From: a virus
DNA length: 64,000 bases
Virus record (IMG/VR): IMGVR_UViG_3300045115_000211
Span: 49,195-113,194 of that record
Direction: 5' to 3' (one strand)
The notes under the pieces were generated by a model, which saw only the letters and a list, made by a program, of their open reading frames with translations, searched no databases and had not been told where the DNA came from. Shown here piece by piece: positions 1 to 10,359 of this stretch (position 1 is its first letter; every line of letters starts with the position of its first letter). A program made the translations under genes and the position numbers.

Positions 1-34
1 CCAGAACTGCGTCAGGCACGGCCTGACGACCCCC

Positions 35-310
35 GTGTTCGAGTGCCCAGCCTTCGACCACCGCAAGGACAGGCCGACGTCGGGGCAGGTCGTCACGCTG
101 GAGGAGGCCAAGCAGGACGAAGGGCTGCGCAAGGAGCTGGCGGGAGCCATGGTCATGATCCGCTCGCGGGAGCATGGCGCCTTCTGGCGGGAGAACTGCT
201 GCGGATACACCGACCAGGCGTGGCAGGCAGGCGCCTACAGGTTCGAGGACGCCTACGAGAACACGTCCCATTGCGACAGGAGCAAGGGCATCGAGTTCGT
301 CGTGCTCTAG
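35..310 (+). CDS. hypothetical phage protein (may be 5'-truncated by window)
   Basis: ORF with G/C-rich third codon positions; stop TAG overlaps the GGAGG RBS of the next gene. Confidence 0.6.
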   Translation: MFECPAFDHRKDRPTSGQVVTLEEAKQDEGLRKELAGAMVMIRSREHGAFWRENCCGYTDQAWQAGAYRFEDAYENTSHCDRSKGIEFVVL

Positions 311-623
311 GAGGACCGCCATGGGAAAGCTATACGTCGTGAGGGACGCCACCGGCAGGCAATGGCTGTGCCCGTCGAAGCCTGTGCTCGTCGGCTCTCC
401 GCCGAACAGGCGTTGGGAGATCAAGGTAAGCCCGATCGACACGGTGGGGGTGTGCAAGGAGAACGGCTGCATCATGCTGGGGCCGGTAGACGCCCTCGAC
501 AGGTCGTGCTTCGACGGCGAGGACGAGTGGAAGGCATACCCGGTCGGGATCGCCCTGTGACAGCGGGACGAACATTGGAGCGCGGATGGACCGGGGCTTG
601 ACCGTCGGCTGTAGAATGCCAGT

Positions 624-1013
624 ATGTCGAAGTTCATGAGACAAGAGCAGGGGGATCGAGTTCGTCATCCTGCGGGATGCGTTGTGGGCGGCGAAAGGAC
701 AAACGGGAAGACCTGCAAGAGGCAGGACGGGTGCTCCACTCACGCATGGACGAGCCTCAAAAGCGGTCCTTGCCAATCCAAGGACTCGTGCAAGGACTAC
801 AAGCCCGTGTCCGCCACCTCGCTTCTTCCTCGGCTTCACAGCCACCCGACGCTTGAGCGCAAGCTCGGCGTTCCAGAGGGGCATGCCATCATCGACTCCG
901 AGGCGTTCCTCTTGCTGCGCGAAATCCACGGCATGGGTCCCATCCGCCGCAAGCCCGACGTGCCGCGCGACAGGCGCGGCGTGAACGTCGGCGAATGGAT
1001 CGACGCGAACTGA
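624..1013 (+). CDS. hypothetical Cys-rich protein, probably leaderless
   Basis: ATG 6 nt after TAGAAT (612-617). Confidence 0.5.
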   Translation: MSKFMRQEQGDRVRHPAGCVVGGERTNGKTCKRQDGCSTHAWTSLKSGPCQSKDSCKDYKPVSATSLLPRLHSHPTLERKLGVPEGHAIIDSEAFLLLREIHGMGPIRRKPDVPRDRRGVNVGEWIDAN

Positions 1014-1203
1014 GGCGAGCATCCATGGCCGACTGCGTCATGTGTGGAGCCCCAATCCCGGACCGGCAGCGCACCTGCAGCATGTGCTACGGCGATCCCG
1101 ACCACGGGAGCGACGGCTACTACAGGCGGTGGCTTGAGGAACAGGCAAGACAGGCCGAGGAACGCCGGCAAGAGCCGGAACCGCAGGAGCGGTAGAATGG
1201 GAT

Positions 1204-1803
1204 ATGCCGAAGTTCAGCGTCATCCTGGCGGATCCTCCCTGGCGCTTCGCCCCCATGGGCATAGACCCGTCGGTCGTCGCCGACAGGTACAAGGGCAGGT
1301 CTGCCGAGAGCCACTACGACACGATGGGCAGCCAGGAGTTGACGAGTCTCCCGGTGGCGAGCATAGCCGGCAATCCGTCCGTGCTGTTCCTGTGGACGAC
1401 CAGCCCCTTCCTGTCGCACGCCATCTGCACGATGTCCGCATGGGGGTTCCGGTACAAGACCGTCGCCTTCGCATGGATCAAGCAGAACAAGGCGGGGACT
1501 GACTGGGCTTCCGGGATGGGGTGGTACACGCTGTCCAACGTCGAGCTGTGCATCCTCGGGACCAAGGGGGCCACCCTCAAGCGGCAATGCCGGAACGTGA
1601 GGCAACTCGTCGTGGCACCGAGGCGCGAGCACAGCAGGAAGCCCGACGAGGTCAGGGCACGGATCGAGCGGATGTACGGCCCCGTGCCCAAGGTCGAGCT
1701 GTTCGCGCGGGAGCGGGCCGACGGGTGGACGTGTCTCGGCAACGAGGTGACTGGGAACGACATGGCCGAGGACATCATGGCCTTGGCGGAGGAGCGGCGA
1801 TGA
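1204..1803 (+). CDS. MT-A70 family adenine methyltransferase
   Basis: VILADPPW, LFLWTT, HSRKPDE and VELFAR motifs. Confidence 0.92.
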   Translation: MPKFSVILADPPWRFAPMGIDPSVVADRYKGRSAESHYDTMGSQELTSLPVASIAGNPSVLFLWTTSPFLSHAICTMSAWGFRYKTVAFAWIKQNKAGTDWASGMGWYTLSNVELCILGTKGATLKRQCRNVRQLVVAPRREHSRKPDEVRARIERMYGPVPKVELFARERADGWTCLGNEVTGNDMAEDIMALAEERR

Positions 1804-2062
1804 GCACGAACTACGTCCAGCATGGCAAGATCGGGTGCCCGGTGTGCGGTAAGCAACGCGACCACCTCAAGATATGGCGCAACATAGGCGGGGTTCCATA
1901 CTGCGCCTGCGAGGACTGCATCGACCTGTCCTTGGACGACCCATGCGAGACGAAGGAGAAGCTCGTCGAGGCGCTGCTCAGGATGGGGTTCAGGGCCGGC
2001 AGGGAGCACACTTCCGGGCAGGTCACAGGCTTCCTGTCCCGCCTCTCGGATCCTAAAGGCCG

Positions 2063-2091
2063 TTGACTCCACCCTGCGGATTTGGCATCAT
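2063..2091 (+). promoter_or_regulatory. conserved phage promoter TTGACT-N17-CATCAT (first of ~24 copies)
   Basis: -35 boxes with 17-bp spacing also at 6718, 9666, 17296, 19441, 23511, 32763, 34394, 36982, 40081, 43392, 44778, 47904, 49445, 50175, 53699, 55809, 57851, 59798, 61068, 62170, 63003, 63375; all near gene boundaries. Confidence 0.85.
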
Positions 2092-2118
2092 CGCTGTGGT
2101 CACGGCGACAGGCAATCC

Positions 2119-2508
2119 ATGCGCATCCTCGTGGACAGGGAGAACGCGGTGGTGGACGAGCTCAGGGCCAAGATGGCCAAGCCCGACCGCAGGCCGGCGT
2201 ACCGCACCGCCACCAGGGACTTCGTCGTGGACGGGTGGGACGGCGAAATGCCGATCCTTCGGGGGATGGGGCAGGTGGCCGTCGCGAGGGGGCAGACCCT
2301 GAAGATCCCCAGGATGATGAGGCACGGGTACCTCGGCGTCACGGCGGACCTCGACGGGGACGGGACGGTGCAGGCCGTGATGCCGCATCGCGACGACAGG
2401 ATCGCCGACCTGCGCTGGACGCGGGAGCCGACGGGCTTCGACCCGCAGGACGACGCCGACAGGAGGTTCGACGAGATGGTCGGGGGACAGGAGGACATCT
2501 TCCAATGA
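2119..2508 (+). CDS. hypothetical protein
   Basis: ORF directly downstream of the promoter; ATGA overlap with next gene. Confidence 0.65.
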   Translation: MRILVDRENAVVDELRAKMAKPDRRPAYRTATRDFVVDGWDGEMPILRGMGQVAVARGQTLKIPRMMRHGYLGVTADLDGDGTVQAVMPHRDDRIADLRWTREPTGFDPQDDADRRFDEMVGGQEDIFQ

Positions 2509-2765
2509 GCGACTTCGAGAAGGACAGCGACTGTGTGGCGTACGCCCTCAACCTGTGGGCCAACTTCATCGAGACGGGAGACCTCACGTTGACGCACGAC
2601 GATGTCGTCGGCCATCTTAAGGCTCTTGAATCCAACGACCAGACGTTCTCATGCCGCCACGAGAGGCAGACTCTGTTCGGCAAGCTGAAGGTCCTGACTG
2701 GGGACCAGAAGGCGTTCGTGGCGAGGCTGCGGGAACTTGCCAAAAAGCACAGGACTGCGTCTTGA
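2505..2765 (+). CDS. hypothetical protein
   Basis: MSDFEKD start in ATGA overlap; coding-like codon usage. Confidence 0.6.
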   Translation: MSDFEKDSDCVAYALNLWANFIETGDLTLTHDDVVGHLKALESNDQTFSCRHERQTLFGKLKVLTGDQKAFVARLRELAKKHRTAS

Positions 2766-3729
2766 TGTGACGAGACAACGCATCTGAAGAGCATTTGAAT
2801 TTCCTGTCCAGAAAAACGGTGGCATCGTGATAGAGGTATTGGTACATCCGAAAGAAGTTGCGCATCCCGTTGTGCTCGATCCTTACGACCCTTCCGCTTC
2901 GGGAGTTGTTTCTCGGTTTGGCTCTCCTCATTCCGCACTCGCGGCACACGACTTCATCAACATGGTTGATGAATTCAATCGTTCCTATCATTCCGAACGA
3001 GCAACTGCCAGAGTTTGTCTTACTGATAGACCACCAGCCATCCCCATCGAAGTACCCCCGGATGAAATGCCTAACAAGGTTTTCTCTGATGTGGGGGAAT
3101 GTCAGGCTTTCGGATTTCCTTGGCGTAACGCCACACGAAATAAGAGCCTTTGCAACAAGGCTGGAAAAGACTTTCAAATGAGTTCTGTGCCGAGTTTTCC
3201 CCGTTTGTTTGTCAATGTACTGGTCGAAGGAGATGGGATGGTCGGATTTCATAGCCGACCTAATCTTTTCCAAGTGCCCACAGTCCTTCCTGTTCAAACA
3301 CAGCCTGAACCCTCGTGTTTTGTTGTCGTTGTCGACGCACCCGTCGGCGGCAATGAACCCAAGCCAATAGGCCTTATCCTCGGAATCGATGCTATCAAAG
3401 AAGTGCTCATCGACGGCATGAGTTCTGCGATGTCTTGTCTCAAAGACGCCTTGTGTTTCGAGGATTTGCTTGACCTTGTTGTAATGGAGGTCAAAACTTC
3501 GTGCTATCTTGCTGGTTGGACATCCATCAGCAAACATCCTTATGACCGCTTGGAGGGTCTCGTGTGGAACGGGACACTGATCTTGGGCTATCAGGGCCGC
3601 TCTCCTCAAACAACTCTTGACCGTATTGCGGCCCAACCCCATCTCGACGGACAGCCTTCTTATCGCTTGTCCCGCATTGAATCTACGGATGATTTCTTCC
3701 GTCACTTGCTCGGACAGTTTGGCTGGCAT
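2617..3729 (-). CDS. free-standing double-motif LAGLIDADG homing endonuclease with N-terminal HTHs
   Basis: AYWLGFIAADG and HFIRGYFDGDG motifs; lower GC; opposite strand. Confidence 0.9.
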   Translation of the reverse strand: MPAKLSEQVTEEIIRRFNAGQAIRRLSVEMGLGRNTVKSCLRRAALIAQDQCPVPHETLQAVIRMFADGCPTSKIARSFDLHYNKVKQILETQGVFETRHRRTHAVDEHFFDSIDSEDKAYWLGFIAADGCVDNDNKTRGFRLCLNRKDCGHLEKIRSAMKSDHPISFDQYIDKQTGKTRHRTHLKVFSSLVAKALISCGVTPRKSESLTFPHIRENLVRHFIRGYFDGDGWWSISKTNSGSCSFGMIGTIEFINHVDEVVCRECGMRRAKPRNNSRSGRVVRIEHNGMRNFFRMYQYLYHDATVFLDRKFKCSSDALSRHIKTQSCAFWQVPAASPRTPSGPQSGPSACRTESASRGGMRTSGRWIQEP

Positions 3730-3800
3730 ATTTCATCCTTCGATGCCGTCAATCAAAAACCCTTCTCGGGATGCTGGATGTTTCAACCATAGGAGATCAC

Positions 3801-4967
3801 ATGAGAATAGGCCTATATGCCGCAACTCTTGACCCCATCACGAAGGGCCACCGCTGGATCATCGACGAGGCCGCCGGAATGTTCGACAAGCTCGTGGTCG
3901 CGGTCGCCGACAACCACGAGAAGCGCGGCAAGGTCATGTTCAGCGCCGAGGAGCGCGTCGCCATGGTCAAGGACACCCTCCCCCTTGGCCTCGAACTCGG
4001 CAATGACGTCGAGGTCGTGACGTACGCCGGCGGGCATACCCCGCCGTTCACGGCGCGGTTCGCCAAGGCCATCGGGGCGACGCACCTCATCCGCGGCATC
4101 CGCAACGAGGCGGACTTCACGGCGGAGCAGGCAATCCGTCACGTCAACCAGGACATCTGCCCGGAGGTCAGGACCGTCTTCCTCGTGCCGCCGCGGCACC
4201 TCTCGGAGGTCAGCTCCAGCATGGTCAAGGGCCTTGTCGGGTTCGACGGGTGGCGGGACGTCGTGGAGCGGTACGTCGATTCGCCTGTCGTGAAGCGGTT
4301 CCAGGCCAGGCGGCTGGAGGCCAGCGAGGTCCTGATGCGCCTGGGAGCGTCATACTCGTGCGCCTTCGCCGCCAAACAGTTCCTCGACAAGGCGTACGGG
4401 GACATGTCCGAGTCCAGCCGGGTCTACCACAACGACCGCCACATCAGGGAGTGCCTTGGGCTGATGGACATGGTGGTTTCCGACAGCCACGTCAGCCCCC
4501 AGGACTTCGACGAGATCGCCGCCGCCCTATGGTTCCACGACTGCGTCTACGACGTCGGGTCGAAGAACAACGAGACCCGCAGCGCTGGGGAGTTCGGGAG
4601 GTTCGCCTCCGAGATCAACACGGACGTCGTGGCGACCGTCAAGAGGATGATCGAAGGCACGAGGGAGCATGCGTTCAGCGGCGAGCACAAGGCGAACGTC
4701 GTCAGCGACATCGATATGGCGATCCTCGCGGCGCCGGCGGCGAGGTTCGGAGAGTACGAGGACGCGATCCGGCGCGAGTACGGCCACATCCCCGACCCAA
4801 TGTTCTACCCAGCCCGAAGGAGGTTCCTTGAGAGCTGCCTAGCCGGGCCGGTCTACTATGCCGAGAAGTTCCGGCCGCTTCGCGCGCGGATGGCCGAAAA
4901 CGTCCGGCGGCTGCTGGCGACCGAGCCGTACGCCAAGAGGTGGGATCTGCAAGGCAATGAGGGATAA
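3801..4967 (+). CDS. coaD: phosphopantetheine adenylyltransferase fused to C-terminal HD-superfamily phosphohydrolase
   Basis: DPITKGH, LIRGIRNEADF, VSSSMVK; then RVYH..H, FHD, NE.RSA, DIDMAIL, IRREY; AGGAG RBS. Confidence 0.9.
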   Translation: MRIGLYAATLDPITKGHRWIIDEAAGMFDKLVVAVADNHEKRGKVMFSAEERVAMVKDTLPLGLELGNDVEVVTYAGGHTPPFTARFAKAIGATHLIRGIRNEADFTAEQAIRHVNQDICPEVRTVFLVPPRHLSEVSSSMVKGLVGFDGWRDVVERYVDSPVVKRFQARRLEASEVLMRLGASYSCAFAAKQFLDKAYGDMSESSRVYHNDRHIRECLGLMDMVVSDSHVSPQDFDEIAAALWFHDCVYDVGSKNNETRSAGEFGRFASEINTDVVATVKRMIEGTREHAFSGEHKANVVSDIDMAILAAPAARFGEYEDAIRREYGHIPDPMFYPARRRFLESCLAGPVYYAEKFRPLRARMAENVRRLLATEPYAKRWDLQGNEG

Positions 4968-5499
4968 GTCCACCATAACAACGGCCGACGCCGAGAGGCT
5001 CCTGTCGAAGGGGTGGAGACTGACGGAACACAAGTGCGTCTTCCATGGCCATTCCTACTACGTGCATGACGAGTCCAGAAGGGGGCTTTGTGGCAGCGCG
5101 GCTTACATCAACAGGGACGTCTTCGATGCGCTCGTCAAGCGCGGACATCGTCCAGTCCGCCGCACGCATGCGTGACCCGTCCTTCGCGTCTCTTTTCCTG
5201 TCCGAGCCGTCAGGATGGAGCGACCGCGACCGCAGGGCCGACGCAGCGACCGAGGAATACGAGTCGCGGTGCGAGTCCTTCGACAGGGCCGTGTGCCGGA
5301 GGAGGAACGAGAGGGGAATAGCCATCCCGACGCTTCCCGGCGAACTGTGGGAGATCAACAGGCACGCCAGGAAGGTCCAGAAGGACGTCTGCGACAGGCA
5401 CGGGGTGGAATGGAAGGCATTGAGGGAGGCCTTGTGGCGCCTCGACAGGAGCGGAACGATCGTCCGTCGCGCCGCCGCGCCGCCGAAGGAGAGACAGCG

Positions 5500-5829
5500 A
5501 TGTGCGACATGAGGATCCAGGACAAGGCGGAGTACCGCCGCCTGCTCGACGAGATCGGAGCCGACTACTGCCCCGAGGGGAGGTACTGCATCTTCAAGGA
5601 GTTCCTCGTGGCGTCGCACCCCTCGCGTCGCCTGCTCGTCCAACTCAAGTGCTGCGACAAGGCAAAGTTCGCGTGGAGCAAGGACGGCGGCAAGGACATC
5701 GGATGGGAGGAGACGCTAAAACGCTGGGTAGATTCGGGATTGGCAAGGCGCTTTGCGGAGGTCTACGCGGACTCCCTTTCTCCAAGGGAAGTGTTCAGAA
5801 TGACATTCGAACAGCCGCAAGTCTCTTGA
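5500..5829 (+). CDS. hypothetical protein
   Basis: AAGGAG RBS before MCDMRIQ. Confidence 0.6.
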   Translation: MCDMRIQDKAEYRRLLDEIGADYCPEGRYCIFKEFLVASHPSRRLLVQLKCCDKAKFAWSKDGGKDIGWEETLKRWVDSGLARRFAEVYADSLSPREVFRMTFEQPQVS

Positions 5830-6512
5830 TCGTCGGCACCTTCACGATGCTTGGCTCCATTCGTGTTCCCCATCAGAGCTTTTCTGATTTTGTCCCTAGT
5901 TTCTTGGGATACTGGGTGTCCCATTCTTGCAGCACTCATCTTGGCTCGTGTGACGTCAGATATGATCTTGCCAGTTTCAGATTGACTGATCTTCAGACGC
6001 ACCGATGCTGGGATATGCCGACCCCAGTTGGGGCTTTTCGACCCCCTGAAAGCCTTGGATATTTTCGCTTTAGTCGCTTCCGACTGTGGGTGTCCTGGTT
6101 TCCCCAGTTTCGCAACTCGCATCAGCATCTTTGTATGCTCTGAATGAGGTCCGCGTTTCTTCCCAAGTTTGGCAATGCTCATCCTCCTGCGACTTTCTTC
6201 GCTATGCCTTGGCGCATGACCGCCGCCCATCATATTGTATCCATGGGCCCTGTCGGTAGTCCTATATGCGGCAATCAGGCGAGATTCTGCCTCGTCCAAG
6301 TTTTCAGGAGCGCAGTGCTCCAAGACTTCGAAAACAAAAGCATCCTCTCCGTGCTTGTTCCATGCGGCCTGAAGGTGGCGATTTGGATGGAATCCACGAC
6401 GCAGTTGTCCCCTGTGCCCATTCCATCTGTTCCTGATGTCCATGGATTGACCGATGTTCCGCTTCCCGTTGACGGTGTTCGTGATGCTGTATATGCCGCT
6501 CATCTTGCTCAC
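5763..6512 (-). CDS. GIY-YIG homing endonuclease with NUMOD3 repeats
   Basis: SGIYSITN...NIGQS, HPNRHLQAAW, GYN, repeated HSEE.R/K.MS motifs. Confidence 0.9.
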   Translation of the reverse strand: MSKMSGIYSITNTVNGKRNIGQSMDIRNRWNGHRGQLRRGFHPNRHLQAAWNKHGEDAFVFEVLEHCAPENLDEAESRLIAAYRTTDRAHGYNMMGGGHAPRHSEESRRRMSIAKLGKKRGPHSEHTKMLMRVAKLGKPGHPQSEATKAKISKAFRGSKSPNWGRHIPASVRLKISQSETGKIISDVTRAKMSAARMGHPVSQETRDKIRKALMGNTNGAKHREGADDQETCGCSNVILNTSLGERESA

Positions 6513-6667
6513 TTCGCGCCTCCTTCGACCCTTTCGAATGCTTCTTTGATAAGGTTCCTGACGAGTTGGGAAAGGTTCACGGAATGCTTTTTCTTGAGGA
6601 CGTCGAGCATGCGTCTCTCTTCGACCCCTATTTCGACATAGAATCCAATGCGCTTGTCTGTATTCAT
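6509..6667 (-). CDS. 52-aa ribbon-helix-helix-like regulator (not in ORF track)
   Basis: MNTDKRIGFYVEIGVEERRMLDVLKKKHSVNLSQLVRNLIKEAFERVEGGAK; GTGA overlap with the GIY-YIG start. Confidence 0.7.
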   Translation of the reverse strand: MNTDKRIGFYVEIGVEERRMLDVLKKKHSVNLSQLVRNLIKEAFERVEGGAK

Positions 6668-6813
6668 GCCCTATGGTTCTCTATAACGACTGGGAAATCC
6701 TTCGTCCATTTTGACCGTTGACTTCCCTGTCGGGGCATGCTACGATGCAGGGCGAAAGGAAGGTCAGGACCGATGGGCGAGGCGATTGAGATGGTGGAAG
6801 AGGAGGTGTTCCC

Positions 6814-7707
6814 ATGATCAGCAGGAGCAGGTCGAGCGGTGATTGGGCGTTGAACGTGTTCGAGGGGTTCCGCATCGATACGATGCTGCCGAAGCACACG
6901 AGGGTCCGCGAGCTGGCGAAGCAGGCCCAACAGGGCGGGATCATCCAGAACGCGGTCGGCGACGGCGCATCGTCCGACCCGTTCGTGTCCATGAAGGTCC
7001 AGAGGTGGGGCACCTTCAACGGCTGGGCCGATGGCGACTCCAAGGATCTGCCAGGATGGCGCCGCAAGGCCGTCAGGTTCTTCGAGCGCGCCCTCGGCGT
7101 CGCCCCGGCCCGCAGGGACGACCCTCCGAGCGGCAGGATCGACCCCCTCAGGGTTCTCATGGAGGCGAAGGTGTCCCTCGCGGAAGTCCGCAACTGCATG
7201 GACAGGATGGCGGCCTACGACGAGGCGATACGGCAGGCGGCGCAGGGAGGCCAGACCGCGCGGGTCGAGAAGCTGATGCTGGCCCGCAAGACAGTCCAGC
7301 AGGAGAGCGTCCTTCTCGCCGGCGGCTTCGGCAGGTTCCTGTCCGAGGCCCAGGCGATAGAGTTCGCGTCGAAGTGCCAGAAGGGGTTGCGGCTCGACTG
7401 GGCGGCCAACTTCGTCCGCCCCTTCCCTCCGGACGCCCTCGCCCGCAAGAAGGCGGCCGACGAGCTGATGGTGTTCGACAACTACGCCTTGCTGCACTAC
7501 GACCCCAAGGCGAAGGCGTTCTCGCTGACGGCCGCGCAGGAGGCGGCCAAGCGCGACCCCATCCTGTTCGGGCTGATCGAGGGGGTCAGGAAGCTGTACT
7601 TCGTGGCGGACTGGAAGGACGACGAGTGCGACCTGACGATGGACGAGGTCGCGAGGGTGCTGGGGCACGGCCCAGGGGAAATCGGGATCGATCCGACGAG
7701 GGAATAG
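6814..7707 (+). CDS. conserved large-phage hypothetical protein
   Basis: C-terminal DPILFG...LYFVADW...CDLT motif; GAGGAGG RBS. Confidence 0.75.
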   Translation: MISRSRSSGDWALNVFEGFRIDTMLPKHTRVRELAKQAQQGGIIQNAVGDGASSDPFVSMKVQRWGTFNGWADGDSKDLPGWRRKAVRFFERALGVAPARRDDPPSGRIDPLRVLMEAKVSLAEVRNCMDRMAAYDEAIRQAAQGGQTARVEKLMLARKTVQQESVLLAGGFGRFLSEAQAIEFASKCQKGLRLDWAANFVRPFPPDALARKKAADELMVFDNYALLHYDPKAKAFSLTAAQEAAKRDPILFGLIEGVRKLYFVADWKDDECDLTMDEVARVLGHGPGEIGIDPTRE

Positions 7708-7720
7708 GAAGGCGACCGCG

Positions 7721-8302
7721 ATGGGCGACGAGCACGAGTGGATGGGCAGGGTGGCCGGCGAGGCGAGGTTCGCCGCCAACCACAACGGCAGGGAGTGGTT
7801 CGAGACCAAGTTCGTCCCTTCCCTGCCCGAGGAGCACAGGGCGTTCGCCCTGGGGAAGCTGGCGGAGTACGAGCGGAGGCGCGCCAACGCGGGAGCGGCG
7901 GCAGGCGAGAAGCACGCCAGAAGCTGCCCCTACCGCCGCGCCGGGCTCGTGCCGATCCGGACCGTCCTGGCCAACGTGGGCGGACGCGTGGTCGTCGAGG
8001 GGAACGTGGTCAGTTGCGACTCGTGGCGCATCCACCTGTACGCCGCGAAGGGCGTCAGGTGCGCCCATTGCGGGATGGAGGGCACCACGTTCGCCGCCGA
8101 GAGGGCCAAGTCGCAGTCCACGCCCAAGTACCACCTCAACCTCTACCACGTCGCCGAGGGCGGCGAGGAGACCATGATCACGGTCGACCACATCGTGCCC
8201 AAGTCGAGGGGCGGCGGGAACCACGTCTCCAACCTCCAGCCCCTCTGCATCAAGTGCAACGGGCGCAAGGGCGACAGGATGCCGTCCGACGAGGCGGCAT
8301 AG
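7721..8302 (+). CDS. HNH endonuclease
   Basis: CAHCG, TVDHIVPKSRGG, NLQPLCIKCNGRKG. Confidence 0.88.
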   Translation: MGDEHEWMGRVAGEARFAANHNGREWFETKFVPSLPEEHRAFALGKLAEYERRRANAGAAAGEKHARSCPYRRAGLVPIRTVLANVGGRVVVEGNVVSCDSWRIHLYAAKGVRCAHCGMEGTTFAAERAKSQSTPKYHLNLYHVAEGGEETMITVDHIVPKSRGGGNHVSNLQPLCIKCNGRKGDRMPSDEAA

Positions 8303-8324
8303 GGAAAGGAAGCCTGGTGAAGCC

Positions 8325-8840
8325 GTGGACGACATGGGACTCGCTAGGGCCTTCGCGGAGTCCGATCCTGGGCTCAGGGTCTTCGTCCGGTCATGCCTGC
8401 GCGACGACTCCGACGCGGACGACGTCGTGCAGGAAGTCTGGCTCACGGTCGTCCGCAAGCTGCCGTCGTACGACAGCTCAAGGTCGTTCAGGGCATGGGT
8501 CTTCGGCATCGCGAGGATGCAGGTGCTCAAGTGGCGCCAGTCCAAGGCCAGGCGCCGGGAGTTCGCCGTGCCGGACGAGACCATCGCCCAGATGTCGCAG
8601 GCCGTCGAGGACGGGCCTGTCGGGCCCAGCGCGTGCGAGGACGCCATACGCAGGTGCCTCGAAAGGATGGGCGGAAGGCCGAGGGAGATGCTGCGCCTCA
8701 AGTACGCCGTCGGGCTGAAGTCGGCCGAGATCGCCAGGAGGCTGGGGATGACGTCGGGGGCGGTGGACATGGGGCTGACGAGGGCCCGCAGGGCCCTGCG
8801 CGCGGCGGTCACGGGCATGTTGAGGAGGGAGGGGGAATGA
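8325..8840 (+). CDS. ECF sigma-70 factor, resembling the Rhodopirellula/Verrucomicrobium family
   Basis: DADDVVQEV, FRAWVFGIAR (region 2); EIARRLGMTSGAV...RAR (region 4). Confidence 0.9.
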   Translation: MDDMGLARAFAESDPGLRVFVRSCLRDDSDADDVVQEVWLTVVRKLPSYDSSRSFRAWVFGIARMQVLKWRQSKARRREFAVPDETIAQMSQAVEDGPVGPSACEDAIRRCLERMGGRPREMLRLKYAVGLKSAEIARRLGMTSGAVDMGLTRARRALRAAVTGMLRREGE

Positions 8841-9723
8841 GCATCGCTGTTTTCGGGGACATCGTCGAGGGCAACGGCAGGACGATCCGGCAGAACAACA
8901 TGGCAAGGGCGCACGCCATCCCGCTGGGGGCGTTCGTGGAGATCGACTGCCCGGACGTCCCGGAGTGGCACGGGTGCCGCCTGTTCGTCGTCAGGCACGA
9001 CAGGGACTGCGACGGGACCCCCCTCTATTCCCTCGGGAAGAAGGGCGAGGACAACCCCTATGCCCTCCGGCTCAACCAGTGCAACGGGTGGAGCGAGGAA
9101 AGCCTGAAGGTCGTCAGGAACCCGCAGGAGGAGACATGCAAAGGAAGTGCGTCTGCAACGGCGGCGGCCATATGTGGTACGCCGACTCGTTCGACAAGGA
9201 CAACGGCAAGCCTTGCTCGTGGTGCAATCCCGCAGGGCTTGCCAAAAAGCACGGCGGCAGGCTTGGCGAGATCAGCGTCTGCGGCGTGTGGTCGGGGGCC
9301 AAGAGCCACAGGCTGACCGCCAGGTACGCCTGCGGATGCTCCTCCGCGATCCACGGGAACGGGCACCTGTCCCGCAAGCCGACGAGGATGCCGACCCTGT
9401 GCGCCAGGCACAAGAAGCCCATGACGTCGTTCCGCGAGTCGATGGTGATGGAGTGATGCGACCGGAAGGTGGAATCAGGAAGGGGACGCGTGTCCGGGTG
9501 CTGCTGGACGGCGAGGACGAGCCTTGCCTCGGCGAGCTGCTTGAGTCCCACGTCCAGGGATCCGAGGACATGACCCACTCCACGTCCATCCTGCTCGACG
9601 ACGGGAGGGTCGTCCAGTCCGACGGGTGCTGCTGGCTGCCTTGCAACCAGCTCGCCCCTTTGCCGTTGACTCCGTGACGGTATTCCGCTATGATGTCGTT
9701 GCCCTGAAGGAGGGGAACCGAAC

Positions 9724-10359
9724 ATGAAGACGGCAGAATACGCGATCGACCGCAAGGAGTTCGAGAGGTTCTGGGAGCGCGTCCAGAAGGAGGCCAAGCG
9801 CCTCTTCCCGGACGACAGCGGCGGCTCGCGCGTCGAGGTCAGGATGCGCGACTGCACCCGGGAGACAAGCACCGACGGGCTGCCCGTGCCCCACGCTCAC
9901 AACATCGAGACGGACGTCGAGTGGCGCGCCGCCATCGGCTACCTGTCCTGCAACGCCAAGTCCGCCGCCGAGCGCCTCGACACGTACCTGCGCCTGCACG
10001 ACATGGAGAGGCGAGCGGCCGAAGGCAAGGCGGCCCTCGCCAGCGAGTTCGAGGCCCTCGCCCAGTCCCTCGGGGTCACGATCCGCTTCGGAATTCGGCC
10101 TGTCCTGCCGAAAGGAACGACGTGGGATCACGCCCCGTTCGGCTCCTCGCGCACGGTGGCTGGGCACCCGTCCTCCTTCAGTTGCGACAACCTCTGGGAG
10201 TACCGCGATGGCGACCGCAAGAAGATGGTGGCCTGGGCGAAGGACGGGATTTCCGCCGTCCTCAAGACGGGCGGGGCGACTCCCAAGTTCTTCCTGATCG
10301 AGCCTCACGAGTCGTCGGGGTCGCTGTGGGCGTCCGTCGCCAAGGAGACGCAGGCATGA
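9724..10359 (+). CDS. hypothetical protein
   Basis: follows promoter 9666 and AAGGAGG RBS. Confidence 0.7.
   Translation: MKTAEYAIDRKEFERFWERVQKEAKRLFPDDSGGSRVEVRMRDCTRETSTDGLPVPHAHNIETDVEWRAAIGYLSCNAKSAAERLDTYLRLHDMERRAAEGKAALASEFEALAQSLGVTIRFGIRPVLPKGTTWDHAPFGSSRTVAGHPSSFSCDNLWEYRDGDRKKMVAWAKDGISAVLKTGGATPKFFLIEPHESSGSLWASVAKETQA

Noticed and set aside
2065-2074. Spacer 1 prefix GACTCCACCC matches the promoter at 2063
   Set aside because: Only 10 nt, and flanked by GTT rather than TTC; plausible by chance
2617-6512. Group I introns or inteins housing the endonucleases
   Set aside because: Endonucleases lie antisense between intact genes; no split host gene or splice motifs seen
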